Assembly (NCBI GenBank): GCA_030149525.1
Contig: JASBRJ010000274.1
Span: 14,160 to 78,159, forward strand
Direction of reading: 5' to 3'
Source: a bacterium
GTDB lineage: Bacteria > Vulcanimicrobiota > Xenobia > Xenobiales > JADMJV01
Length of the DNA: 64,000 nucleotides
Shown here: positions 48,885-58,536 of the stretch, piece after piece
Position numbering within the stretch: position 1 is the stretch's first letter
Layout of the letters: each line of letters starts with the position of its first letter
Position numbers and translations under genes: made by a program
Notes under the pieces: generated by a model
What the model saw: the letters and a program-made list of their open reading frames with translations, nothing else
What the model was told of the DNA's origin: nothing
Databases searched by the model: none

Positions 48885-50426
48885 ATGACACCACGGGATG
48901 AGTCGGATATGGAGCCCGATTTCGCCGGCGCTCTCGAAATTATTGGAGCTTCGGGAATGAAAGAGCTTGCCGCCATCATGCGCGAGGCTCCTTTCGGCAT
49001 TTATGTCGATCATCCGAGCCGAGGATGTATCTATGCCAATCCTGCTCTTCTTTCCATCTTCGGGTTGAGTTGGTCGGAATTCAAAGGTTTCGGCTGGGCC
49101 AAGTCGGTCTTCCACGAGGACGCTGAATGGATGAGAAGGTCGATTGAAGATTACGAGCACACTCTCAAGCCAAACTACCTGACCTTCCGTGTCGTCGTTG
49201 AGCCGGGGCAGCCTCTGAAGTGGCTGAACGCTCGAGTTCACGCCGTGTTGGATAAAGACGGAAACCACATCGGGAGTATGGGGCTCACCCGTGACGTCAC
49301 CAAAGAGCGAGAGTTTCTGGAGCGGGTCGAGGAAGGTCAAAAGCTTGAGGCAGTGGGTCGTCTGTCGGCAAGACTTGCCCACGATATCAATAATCTTCTC
49401 ACCGCACTTATCGGCAACACCGACATCATCGCCAGGGAGGTGGCAAGTGAACTGGGTCAGAGTTGTCTGGGCAACATCTACAACGCTTTCGAGCAAGCGC
49501 GCTATCTGACAGGGCAACTCCTGGTGCTCTCTCGGAACCACGCTGTCCCTGCGGGGTTCACAGAACTCGACATTGAGCTGTCGGCCACTCGGCGACTGTT
49601 AGAAAGCGTGGTGGGAGAGGGAATAGCGTTGAAGCTTGAGCTGGCAGCCGGCAAGGCCTGCGTCCCCCTCAACAAAGCCCAATTGGGCCAGATCGTTATC
49701 AACCTCCTGACTAATGCCAAAGACGCCCTACAGGAACATGGAGAAGTCGTTCTCACCACAGCGGTCCGCAACGGCCGGGTTGAGCTGGCTGTCTCCGACC
49801 ATGGGCCGGGTATGACCCAGGAGGTCTTCCAGCAAGCTATGGAGCCTTTCTTTACCACGAAAGAGGTGGGCAAGGGAACGGGGCTCGGGCTCTCCACTGT
49901 GAAAAGTCTCGCGGAGTCCGCCGACGGAGGCGTGAGCATTGAGAGCGAGGTGGGTAAGGGCACTCGAGTCTTGGTCTCACTGCCCTCTTTGGAGGTTCAG
50001 ACTTCCCTCATACGGCCTCCCGTAAAAGAGGGGATGGGCCCGCCCGACGATCATCTTCGAGTTCTCATTCTGGAAGACAACGACGCGGTTCGTCAGTCTC
50101 TAGCCTACTCTTTGGCGCTCTACGGCTGGGAGATATTCTCGGCGGCAAGTCTGGCGGAAGCCAGAGCGGTTGTCCAGGAGATGAAAAAGTTGGACGTTAT
50201 CGTGGTGGACGTGTTGCTTGGAGACGGCAAGGGCACGGAATTGCTCGACGAGCTACGGGCCCTCGAACCCGATCTTCCTGCCGTTCTATGCTCAGGTTTC
50301 TCCGGCGACGCTTTAGAAGGTCGCTTGGACAACGACTATACGGCGTTCGTTGAAAAACCGTATCGTGCTAAAGAGATCTTTGAAGCTATCGGGACAGTTC
50401 GCAAAGGGAAATCGGACAACTCGTAG
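48885..50426 (+). CDS. PAS hybrid histidine kinase
   Basis: HDINN, NAKDA, FFTTK, GTGLGL, REC domain. Confidence 0.92.
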   Translation: MTPRDESDMEPDFAGALEIIGASGMKELAAIMREAPFGIYVDHPSRGCIYANPALLSIFGLSWSEFKGFGWAKSVFHEDAEWMRRSIEDYEHTLKPNYLTFRVVVEPGQPLKWLNARVHAVLDKDGNHIGSMGLTRDVTKEREFLERVEEGQKLEAVGRLSARLAHDINNLLTALIGNTDIIAREVASELGQSCLGNIYNAFEQARYLTGQLLVLSRNHAVPAGFTELDIELSATRRLLESVVGEGIALKLELAAGKACVPLNKAQLGQIVINLLTNAKDALQEHGEVVLTTAVRNGRVELAVSDHGPGMTQEVFQQAMEPFFTTKEVGKGTGLGLSTVKSLAESADGGVSIESEVGKGTRVLVSLPSLEVQTSLIRPPVKEGMGPPDDHLRVLILEDNDAVRQSLAYSLALYGWEIFSAASLAEARAVVQEMKKLDVIVVDVLLGDGKGTELLDELRALEPDLPAVLCSGFSGDALEGRLDNDYTAFVEKPYRAKEIFEAIGTVRKGKSDNS

Positions 50427-50438
50427 CAGATTTGCTCT

Positions 50439-51893
50439 ATGGCACTTCCCAGCATCGATATGGAAAAAGACTTGAGCGTTCTGAAAACGCTGCGCTCGAC
50501 CCTGGAAGGGCACGGTTATCAAGAACAGGCCATCGCCGGGCTTCTCGATTTGTGGGACATTTCCGAGTTGTCGGGTGCCGACTACGCTCTCTACTGCTGG
50601 AAGTGTCGGCGCGCCAACACACCTCTGGCGCATCTGGTCTCAACCTTTCTGTTAGGGTTGCCTAGCAGCAAGCCGCGCCTGCGAAAACTGCTGGGCCGAG
50701 ACGCGCTGGAATGCCTGCTTGATATCGGGCTCATCACTCACGACGGTCCCATTTATTCAAGCGAAGCCGTCATCTACCCGTGTCTCGGCATGATAATTTT
50801 TACCGACCACTGGGCTCTTGCCGGCGGCGTCCAAGAGATGGGAAAAGTCTACGAATTGGGCAGCGACAGCTACGTTTTGGCGCGGGTGACTCCACGAAAA
50901 GGGGAGGGCAAAGCGCTCGATCTCTGCACCGGTTCGGGAGTTCACGCCGTTCATTCTGCGATCAAAGGAATGGTCTCAAGCGCGGTTGATATCAACCCCC
51001 GGGCTTTGATGTACACCCGTTTTAACAGTTTTCTCAACGAAGTAGACTGTTCTGCCGCCCTGGCTGATCTTTACAGCCAAACCGGTGAGGAAAGCTATGA
51101 TTTGATCACCGCCAACCCTCCCTTCGTGCCGAGCCCGGACAAGGATGTTCTCATTCATCGGAGTGCCGGTGAGACGGGGGAGGAGGTTCCGGAGCGTCTG
51201 GTGGCGGCTCTTCCCGAGAAGCTCAGGGAGGGGGGTCTCTTCTCCATGGTTCTAGAGCACCCGGTCTTTGAAGACGATCCCTATCTCGACCGACTGGAGC
51301 GATGGCTGGGTGAGACCGAAGGATGGTGTATCCTGGTTCTCACGTTCAAGGAGTATCCGGCGGCCAAATACGTCGTACGTCATTTAGGGGGAGTTGAGGA
51401 TCAGGAGGCGGGTTACAACTCCTACCTGGAGAGCTACGCCGCTCACGGCATCGTTGCCATGAGGTTTGCCAACGTTTTCATTCAGCGTCTTCCCTACAAG
51501 GCACCGAACTTTAAGCTCAATCAGAACACAGTGTGGCCCAATCGTGACATCGCCCAAGAAATGGGTGACTGGTTCGAGGCTATTTCCTACTATCACAATC
51601 CGGATTGGGAGCCCGACCCAAATTGGCGTCCCAAGCCCAACTCCATCTTCAAGAATTGCTGGCGAAACCAGGCCCAAACTCAGGGAATTCTTGAGACCGA
51701 CGACCAAACCTGGATCGAGACGTCTCCGCTCGGTTTATTGGAAACGACGCTCTTTTTCTGGCTGGATGGTAACAGGAAAATATCCCAACTCCGGGAGATG
51801 TGGGTTGAGGCGGGTCACCAGGTGTCGCTCTTTGTTCCCACTCTTCGAAAACTTGGGCTTAATCGAGCTCTAGAATTTCGATCATCGCAATAG
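50439..51893 (+). CDS. Class I SAM-dependent methyltransferase (HemK-like, NPPF)
   Basis: DLCTGSG, DINPRA, NPPF. Confidence 0.85.
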   Translation: MALPSIDMEKDLSVLKTLRSTLEGHGYQEQAIAGLLDLWDISELSGADYALYCWKCRRANTPLAHLVSTFLLGLPSSKPRLRKLLGRDALECLLDIGLITHDGPIYSSEAVIYPCLGMIIFTDHWALAGGVQEMGKVYELGSDSYVLARVTPRKGEGKALDLCTGSGVHAVHSAIKGMVSSAVDINPRALMYTRFNSFLNEVDCSAALADLYSQTGEESYDLITANPPFVPSPDKDVLIHRSAGETGEEVPERLVAALPEKLREGGLFSMVLEHPVFEDDPYLDRLERWLGETEGWCILVLTFKEYPAAKYVVRHLGGVEDQEAGYNSYLESYAAHGIVAMRFANVFIQRLPYKAPNFKLNQNTVWPNRDIAQEMGDWFEAISYYHNPDWEPDPNWRPKPNSIFKNCWRNQAQTQGILETDDQTWIETSPLGLLETTLFFWLDGNRKISQLREMWVEAGHQVSLFVPTLRKLGLNRALEFRSSQ

Positions 51894-51982
51894 TTTTGTA
51901 ACATCTGGAACCTGTTTTCCGAAAAAACGCTCATGCAAAGCGGATAGAGTGGGAGAAACAAAGGAACACTTGGAAAACAGCT

Positions 51983-52318
51983 ATGGACCACACGACAAGC
52001 AATCCCTATACCGTCTTCGAAAAGGCCCTCAGTGCCTTTGCCGGTCATGAGATTTGTGATCAACGATTGCTCTTTGTGGTGGAGAGCCAGGGTCGACTGG
52101 TTCATAGTTGGGTGGAAGAACTACAGTCCGTGACCGAGGCACGGTTTCGCTCGCTGCAGGAGCATCAAAATTGCTGCCTTCAAGCCTACCAAACCATGCT
52201 AAACGGTTTTCGCCTGGCCTATCAAGCCATCAACGAGAAGAACCGCTTCAAGCTCAACGACGCTAGAAACCTTGTGAGAGAAGGTCAACAAACCCTCGAC
52301 TTCGCTCAGGCGGCCTAA
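51983..52318 (+). CDS. Hypothetical protein
   Basis: 111-aa helical ORF. Confidence 0.5.
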   Translation: MDHTTSNPYTVFEKALSAFAGHEICDQRLLFVVESQGRLVHSWVEELQSVTEARFRSLQEHQNCCLQAYQTMLNGFRLAYQAINEKNRFKLNDARNLVREGQQTLDFAQAA

Positions 52319-52360
52319 CCGCAAAGGCAAAGGATTTGCTCAAGAAAGCACCCGACCAGG

Positions 52361-53593
52361 GTGTTTTTTTTCAGGGGTGCAGAGGAGATTCGGGTCGAAG
52401 GGCGCTTCGGTTTGAATTACACGATTTTAGATCTCGCCACAACCGGTATCGGGAGTGACGACAGGATTGTCGAGTTGGCCCTGTTGCAGTTTCGGGAAGA
52501 CGGGCGTGTCACCCGGAGCTATGAGACGCTTCTTAATCCTGGCCGAGACATCCCGAATTCCAGTTTCCACGGCATCAATGAGGCTATGGTGGAGGAAGCT
52601 CCGGGGTTTGCGGAGGTGGTGAAGCTCGTGCAGAACTATTTGGCCTCCTCGGACCTGGTCCTTGCTTTCAATATTCGGCTGGACTTGCGTATGCTGGGAT
52701 ATCATTTCCAGGATCTTGGCCTTGAGATGCCCTCCATCCAGGAGTTGTGTCTCACCAACCTTTTCCGACAGTTGGCCCCCAAAGCACCCAGACGACTGAA
52801 AGAGCTCTGCGAATCTCACGGAGTTCCGCTAGACGATGCCAATCGCTCTCTGACAAAGATTGAGGCGGTTCATCTGGTTTTGCTTCAATATCTGTCCTCG
52901 ATGCCGGCGGCAAACGGCAGTCTCGCTCCTGTGAAGGACATCGAGGCCCCTCGATTCACGCGGGACGACTCCAAAGAGAGAGCCCGAGCTGTATCACCCA
53001 TTCTCGACAGGCTTACCTCCAGGCTCCCGAGGCACAATGTGGATTCTTCTTTCGACCGATACTTTGAACTCCTCGATGACGTCTTTGCCGACTCCGTGTT
53101 GGAGCATCGAGAAGCTGTGGCCCTTTTTCTCCGCGCGTCCGAGTTGGGAATGGATCAGGAAGACACCCAGCGCGCCCACCAGGCCTACGTTGAGGGATTG
53201 CTGGAAGTTGCTTACCAGGATGGGTTTTACACCGAAATGGAGGCGGAACATCTGGAGGCAGTGGCGGCAGCGCTCAATGTCACCGACGTCGTTCGCAGTG
53301 CCGACAACAAGAAGCTCGCCCTTTATCCGAGAGACTTGAAAGGCAAGATCACTTGCTTTGCCGGAGCACCACGGGGAACCCTGGAAGGCCGGAATATCGG
53401 TGAGGCGAAATTAGTCGAGCTTGCTTCCGAAGCCGGTTTGCGGTTGAGCTCCACAGTGACTCCGAAGCTTGATTTTTTGGTAGTCACGGAGAGCAAGAAT
53501 GCCCTGGAAAGGGTGAGTCTGGCGAAGCGGATGAAAGTGCCTTTGGTCACCGAGCAAGTGTTTTGGAACTGGTTGGGGATTCAGGTGCAGTGA
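52361..53593 (+). CDS. DnaQ-like exonuclease-fold protein with TerB-like and BRCT domains, degenerate active site
   Basis: DLATTG, HGI, AFNIRLD; C-terminal CFAG..VTPKLDFLV..AK..VP..EQVFW BRCT. Confidence 0.8.
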   Translation: MFFFRGAEEIRVEGRFGLNYTILDLATTGIGSDDRIVELALLQFREDGRVTRSYETLLNPGRDIPNSSFHGINEAMVEEAPGFAEVVKLVQNYLASSDLVLAFNIRLDLRMLGYHFQDLGLEMPSIQELCLTNLFRQLAPKAPRRLKELCESHGVPLDDANRSLTKIEAVHLVLLQYLSSMPAANGSLAPVKDIEAPRFTRDDSKERARAVSPILDRLTSRLPRHNVDSSFDRYFELLDDVFADSVLEHREAVALFLRASELGMDQEDTQRAHQAYVEGLLEVAYQDGFYTEMEAEHLEAVAAALNVTDVVRSADNKKLALYPRDLKGKITCFAGAPRGTLEGRNIGEAKLVELASEAGLRLSSTVTPKLDFLVVTESKNALERVSLAKRMKVPLVTEQVFWNWLGIQVQ

Positions 53594-53698
53594 GTGATGA
53601 TAACCCTAGCCAAATTTCATGAAGGCCCTTCTTCCTCCGACAAAGAACGCGCTTGACATAGAATTGGTTTACTTATAACCCATTGAAAGGCAGATATT

Positions 53699-55948
53699 AT
53701 GTCGAAGATGATTCGGAGTGCCGCCGTACTTGGCGCGGGCACTATGGGCGCTGGGATCGCAGCCCACCTGGCTAACGCGGGAGTCCCCGTTCTGCTGCTG
53801 GATATTGCAGCCGACGGTGACGACAAGAATGCGATCGTGAAGAAGGGCTGGGAGCGGGCTTTGAAAGCTAAGCCGGCTTCCTTGATGGACAAAGGGCGAG
53901 CTCACCTGGTGAGTCTGGGCAACATGGACGAGGACTTCGACAAGCTTGCCGACGTCGACTGGGTTGTGGAAGCTATCGTTGAACGCCTGGATATCAAGCA
54001 ACAGCTTCATGAACGCCTGGAAAAGACGACCACAGACAAAACCATCGTCAGCTCCAACTCCAGCGGAATCCCCATGGGGCTTCAGATTAAGGGCCGCGGC
54101 GACGGCTTCAAAAAGCGCTTCTTGGGAACTCACTTTTTCAACCCCCCTCGATACCTCCACTTATTGGAGTTGATTCCCACCTCTCACACCGACCCCGAGG
54201 TTTTGAAGTGTATTTCTGAGTTCGGCGACAAGGTTCTTGGTAAAGGGATTGTGGTGGCTCACGACGTTCCCGGTTTTGCCGCCAACCGTGTGGGAATCGG
54301 CTGTATGTCGCGCTCTATGCAGGTGATGATGGAGATGGGTCTGAGTCCCGACGTGGTCGATGCCCTGACCGGTCCGCTGGTGGGCCGACCGAAGAGCGCC
54401 ACCTGTCGCACGGCAGACCTCTCCGGTTTGGACATCTGCACCACGGTGGCCAAGAATATTCAGGATGCCACCGGTGAGCAAGTGGCCATGCCTGACGTTC
54501 TCAACAAGATGGTAGAAAAGGGCCTGCTCGGCGAGAAGACCAAAGCCGGTTTCTACAAAAAAGACAAGTCCAGCGGCAAGACCAAAATCTTGACCATCAA
54601 CTTCGATACTTTTGAGTATGAGGACAACGGCAAGGTTCGTCTGGAAGAGATCAACGACATTCGCAAACTGCCAACCCCGGTTGAGCGTATTAAAGCGCTG
54701 CTGGAGAGCGACGGACAGGCGGGCGAATTCACTCGTCAGACACTCTTTCACCAGATTCACTACGCCGCCGGTAAGGTGGGGGTTGTAGCCGATACCGCCG
54801 CCGACGTGGACAACTCCCTCAAATGGGGATTCGGTTGGGAAATCGGGCCTCTTGAGCTTGCCGAAGAGTTGGGTCGCGACCGCTGCAAAGAAGAATTCAA
54901 AAAGCGCGGTCTGGACATCCCAAAATATTTCGAAAGCGGAGAAGCCCCCTCGTTCGGAACGGCTCTTCTCAGCACTCGCGACTTCACCAAGAAAGTGTGC
55001 GGCAACGAGGACGCCACTCTGTGGGATGTGGGCGATGATGTGGCGCTTCTGGAGTTCCACTCCAAGGGCAACAGCATCGGCGCAAAGACGCTGGCTATGT
55101 TCGATCAGGCTCACGAAGAGGTTCTCAAGAACTTCCGCGGGATGGCCATCGGCAACGAAGGACAGCACTTCTGTGCCGGAGCCGATATCGGCATGATTTT
55201 GAGTCTGGCCAAAGACCAGAACTTCGAAGAGATTCGTAAGGCGTGCCGCACCTTCCAGGGTATGACCTGTCGTCTGCGCTACGCTCCTTTCCCGGTTGTC
55301 TCGGCGCCCTTTGGCATGACGCTCGGTGGCGGTTGTGAAGTGATGCTTTACAGCGACCTGGATATCGCTCACGCCGAGCTTTATACCGGACTGGTGGAAG
55401 TGGGCGTGGGGATCTTGCCGGCAGGTGGTGGTACCACGGAGATGCTCATTCGAATGAACGAGCGACTGGTTAAGGGAGCTGACCCTTTCACCGCCGTCCA
55501 ACAAGCGTTTGAGCTTATCGCTATGGGAACCGTTTCCACCTCGGCCCAACACGCTCAGCAACTGGGACTGCTTCGTCCTACCGACCGCATCGTTATGAAC
55601 AAAGACCGCATTCTCCAGGAAGCCAAGGACGCTGTCATTCGTCTCTCCGACGGTTACGTGGCACCTACACCTCGCAAGGTTAAGGTTCTGGGGGAATCGG
55701 CCTTCGCCAACCTGTGTACCGGCGCTCACGGCATGATGCTTGCCGGTTTCATCACCAAATACGAGTACCACCTGGCCGAGACCATCGGGCGAGTGTTGTG
55801 CGGTGGTGAAATGAATCGTGCCGATGTTGTGGACGAGTCGGTTCTGCTGGAGTTGGAAGAGGAAGCCTTCTTGCAACTGTCCGGTCAGGAAAAGACTCAG
55901 GAACGTCTGTACCACACCCTCACTACCGGAAAGACTTTGAGGAACTAA
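53699..55948 (+). CDS. fadN: 3-hydroxyacyl-CoA dehydrogenase/enoyl-CoA hydratase (FadN-type)
   Basis: GAGTMG, HFFNPPRY, C-terminal crotonase LGGGCE. Confidence 0.9.
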   Translation: MSKMIRSAAVLGAGTMGAGIAAHLANAGVPVLLLDIAADGDDKNAIVKKGWERALKAKPASLMDKGRAHLVSLGNMDEDFDKLADVDWVVEAIVERLDIKQQLHERLEKTTTDKTIVSSNSSGIPMGLQIKGRGDGFKKRFLGTHFFNPPRYLHLLELIPTSHTDPEVLKCISEFGDKVLGKGIVVAHDVPGFAANRVGIGCMSRSMQVMMEMGLSPDVVDALTGPLVGRPKSATCRTADLSGLDICTTVAKNIQDATGEQVAMPDVLNKMVEKGLLGEKTKAGFYKKDKSSGKTKILTINFDTFEYEDNGKVRLEEINDIRKLPTPVERIKALLESDGQAGEFTRQTLFHQIHYAAGKVGVVADTAADVDNSLKWGFGWEIGPLELAEELGRDRCKEEFKKRGLDIPKYFESGEAPSFGTALLSTRDFTKKVCGNEDATLWDVGDDVALLEFHSKGNSIGAKTLAMFDQAHEEVLKNFRGMAIGNEGQHFCAGADIGMILSLAKDQNFEEIRKACRTFQGMTCRLRYAPFPVVSAPFGMTLGGGCEVMLYSDLDIAHAELYTGLVEVGVGILPAGGGTTEMLIRMNERLVKGADPFTAVQQAFELIAMGTVSTSAQHAQQLGLLRPTDRIVMNKDRILQEAKDAVIRLSDGYVAPTPRKVKVLGESAFANLCTGAHGMMLAGFITKYEYHLAETIGRVLCGGEMNRADVVDESVLLELEEEAFLQLSGQEKTQERLYHTLTTGKTLRN

Positions 55949-55951
55949 GAG

Positions 55952-57133
55952 ATGGATAAAAGTAGAACACCTGTTATCGTTAGCGCTCTGCGCACTCCGG
56001 TTGGCCGCGGTCGAAAAGGCTCTCTGGCCAACACCCGACCCGACGACCTGGCCGCTCTGGTCCTCAAAGAGACTCTGAGCAAAACCGGCGTACCTGCCAC
56101 CGAGGTGGAGGACGTGATTCTGGGTTGTGCTATGCCAGAAGGAGAGCAAGGGTTCAACGTAGCTCGACTGGCTCTACTTCTGGCCGGTTTCCCCGACACC
56201 GTGCCTGGAATGACGGTCAACCGATTCTGCTCCTCCGGCTTGCAGGCTGTGGCGCTGGCTGCTCAGGCCATCGCAAGCGGAATGGCCGACTGCATCATCG
56301 CAGGCGGTGTGGAGTCTATGAGCATGGTTCCCATGACCGGCAACAAGCCATCCATGAATCTCCAACTTCAAAAGACCATTCCCGGTGCCTATGTGGGTAT
56401 GGGAATGACGGCTGAGAATCTGGCTCGTAAGTATGAAATATCTCGTACCGAGCAAGACGAGTTTGCGGTGGAGTCTCATCGCAAAGCTCACGAGGCTCAA
56501 GAGGCCGGGCGCTTCGCCGACGAACTGGTGTCCGTACCGGTTCGAGTGGACAAGCGCAAAGGCGCTAAGATCGAGTCCAAAGAGGTGATGTTCGAAAAGG
56601 ATGAATTGGTGAGACCCGAGTCCACTCTGGAAACCCTGGCCAAGCTGAAACCCTCTTTCCATGTGAAAGGGAGCGTCACTCCGGCCAACTCCTCGCCGAT
56701 TTCCGACGGTGCGGCAGCTGTGATGGTGATGAGTAAGGCTAAGGCGGAGGCTCACGGACTGACCCCGTTGGCTGAGTTTGTCTCCTTTGCGGTGGCCGGT
56801 GTGGCTCCGGAAATCATGGGGATCGGACCGGTTGAGGCGGTGCCTAAGGCGCTGAAGCTTGCCGGGCTTGAGATGAGTGCCATCGACCTCATTGAACTCA
56901 ATGAAGCGTTCGCCGCTCAATCCATTGCCGTGATCAAAGAGATGGGTCTACCCACCGACAAACTGAACGTCAACGGTGGAGCCATTGCGCTGGGTCACCC
57001 TCTGGGATGTACCGGTGCTAAGCTCACCGCCACGGCAGTCCACGAATTGAAGCGTCGTGGTGGTGGTTACGGACTTGTCACCATGTGTATCGGTGGTGGT
57101 CAAGGGGCGGCCGGCATTCTCAAAGTGAATTAA
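55952..57133 (+). CDS. fadA: Acetyl-CoA C-acyltransferase (thiolase)
   Basis: [25 protein letters not shown]. Confidence 0.93.
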   Translation: MDKSRTPVIVSALRTPVGRGRKGSLANTRPDDLAALVLKETLSKTGVPATEVEDVILGCAMPEGEQGFNVARLALLLAGFPDTVPGMTVNRFCSSGLQAVALAAQAIASGMADCIIAGGVESMSMVPMTGNKPSMNLQLQKTIPGAYVGMGMTAENLARKYEISRTEQDEFAVESHRKAHEAQEAGRFADELVSVPVRVDKRKGAKIESKEVMFEKDELVRPESTLETLAKLKPSFHVKGSVTPANSSPISDGAAAVMVMSKAKAEAHGLTPLAEFVSFAVAGVAPEIMGIGPVEAVPKALKLAGLEMSAIDLIELNEAFAAQSIAVIKEMGLPTDKLNVNGGAIALGHPLGCTGAKLTATAVHELKRRGGGYGLVTMCIGGGQGAAGILKVN

Positions 57134-57153
57134 GTCACTCGGCCGACCGAATG

Positions 57154-57188
57154 AAAAAATCCCCCGCAGTTTCGTGGGGGATTTTTTT
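57154..57188. terminator. Bidirectional intrinsic terminator
   Basis: AAAAAATCCCCC..GGGGGATTTTTTT between convergent genes. Confidence 0.85.
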
Positions 57189-57202
57189 GTTAGCGCTGTC
57201 CG

Positions 57203-57415
57203 TCAGTTTTTCCAGCGAAACTGAAGCTCGACCTCATGCTCGTCGTCCTCGGCTTCATGCTCCACGGAGATATGGGCATCGGCGGGGATGGTGAGGCGTT
57301 TGCCGGCGATCTGGATTCTGAAGGATTCGTTCTTCTCTAAGGAATCGGCGATGCGTCTCAGGGTCTCGATGAACTGTTTTTTGGGAACTTCTTTTTCTAC
57401 GTCTCTGTCTGTCAT
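57203..57415 (-). CDS. Amphi-Trp domain protein
   Basis: LRRIADSL..SVEHE..EVELQFRW. Confidence 0.8.
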   Translation of the reverse strand: MTDRDVEKEVPKKQFIETLRRIADSLEKNESFRIQIAGKRLTIPADAHISVEHEAEDDEHEVELQFRWKN

Positions 57416-57489
57416 GGCGTGGGGGTTCGGTTTTCTGTGACAAGAGGCCTTCGCGAGGCGCCCGAGGCTCAACCGTCGAAGCGGGCTCT

Positions 57490-57873
57490 GTGGCTGGGAA
57501 AAAAAGAGCAAACAATGTTGGTCAAATGATCAAAGACCTCCGACCGATTCGAACCGATTTTGGGACGCTGATGGGCAAATACTGCGTCCTCACCGTCACC
57601 GGGCCGGGCAAGCTCTACGAGTATGCGCCGGAACAGTTCGCAACCTTGAAGGAACCGATCGAAGTGATGGGACGGATCGTGGGCAAAGAGTCGGTTGGAA
57701 TCTGGTTCGAACCGGCCAAAGCGGTGGTGGAGCCGAATAAGGACGGGCGGGTCATTCCCTACCACATCCTAGTAAGATGGGAGTTTATCGAAACGGCTAC
57801 CACCAACCCTCTGGTCAACGACATCCATCATGACAGCCCGGATTGGCAAGGGTTGAAACCCCGGCAATCTTGA
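57490..57873 (+). CDS. Hypothetical protein
   Basis: 127-aa ORF. Confidence 0.6.
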   Translation: MAGKKRANNVGQMIKDLRPIRTDFGTLMGKYCVLTVTGPGKLYEYAPEQFATLKEPIEVMGRIVGKESVGIWFEPAKAVVEPNKDGRVIPYHILVRWEFIETATTNPLVNDIHHDSPDWQGLKPRQS

Positions 57874-57894
57874 AAGTGAGGGCCGGTCGGGCTT

Positions 57895-58536
57895 CTAGCT
57901 TGGGTAAAGCCGACGTATAGGCGGGCTGATCACCAGACCGTCGGGCGAGTCCTGAATAATAGTCTTTTCCTTCATGAAATCTATGGTTCTTTCGGCGTCG
58001 CTCCGATCGACCCCACCTTCTTCAAGGCCCTTGAGTAACTGGCTTCTCGAGGCCGAGTAGTTCTCCAGAAGATAGATGAGAACTCCGGACGCGATTCTGG
58101 ATCTCGGGTCGTCTTTCAGGGCGATAGCTTCTCGGATCTGTTCCACGGAAGCAAAAACCCCAAAAAAGAGAAACTGTAAGACCATCAAGACCAGTCCGAT
58201 GGCCATCATTTGATTTCCGGCAGTACGACTGAAAAAGTTGCGGCTCATGCGTCCGCCCTGGACGAAGGTCGTCTTACCGGCATCGCTCGACGGACCGTTG
58301 AGCATTCGTCCAACTCCGTAGCTGAGAAGATTGAAGACTACGAAGGCCGTGGCCAGTCGTTGTAGGGTGAACTGAGAGGCGAAGAAATAAAAGTAGATGG
58401 AGAGCGAGGCCATATTGCAGAAGAGATACAGCACGATGGCCTCTACAACGACATTCCCTCCTACTTTGCGTAGCTCCGGTACTTCCTGTTCCAGAACGAT
58501 TCGGACAGCGTCAGGGTCTCTTTTCATGATTTCCAC
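57895..58536 (-). CDS. Hypothetical membrane protein
   Basis: 3 TM segments and a possible C-terminal winged helix. Confidence 0.65.
   Translation of the reverse strand: MEIMKRDPDAVRIVLEQEVPELRKVGGNVVVEAIVLYLFCNMASLSIYFYFFASQFTLQRLATAFVVFNLLSYGVGRMLNGPSSDAGKTTFVQGGRMSRNFFSRTAGNQMMAIGLVLMVLQFLFFGVFASVEQIREAIALKDDPRSRIASGVLIYLLENYSASRSQLLKGLEEGGVDRSDAERTIDFMKEKTIIQDSPDGLVISPPIRRLYPS

Noticed and set aside
54161-56149. 662-aa antisense ORF
   Set aside because: Shadow of the codon-biased fadN/fadA genes; no motifs
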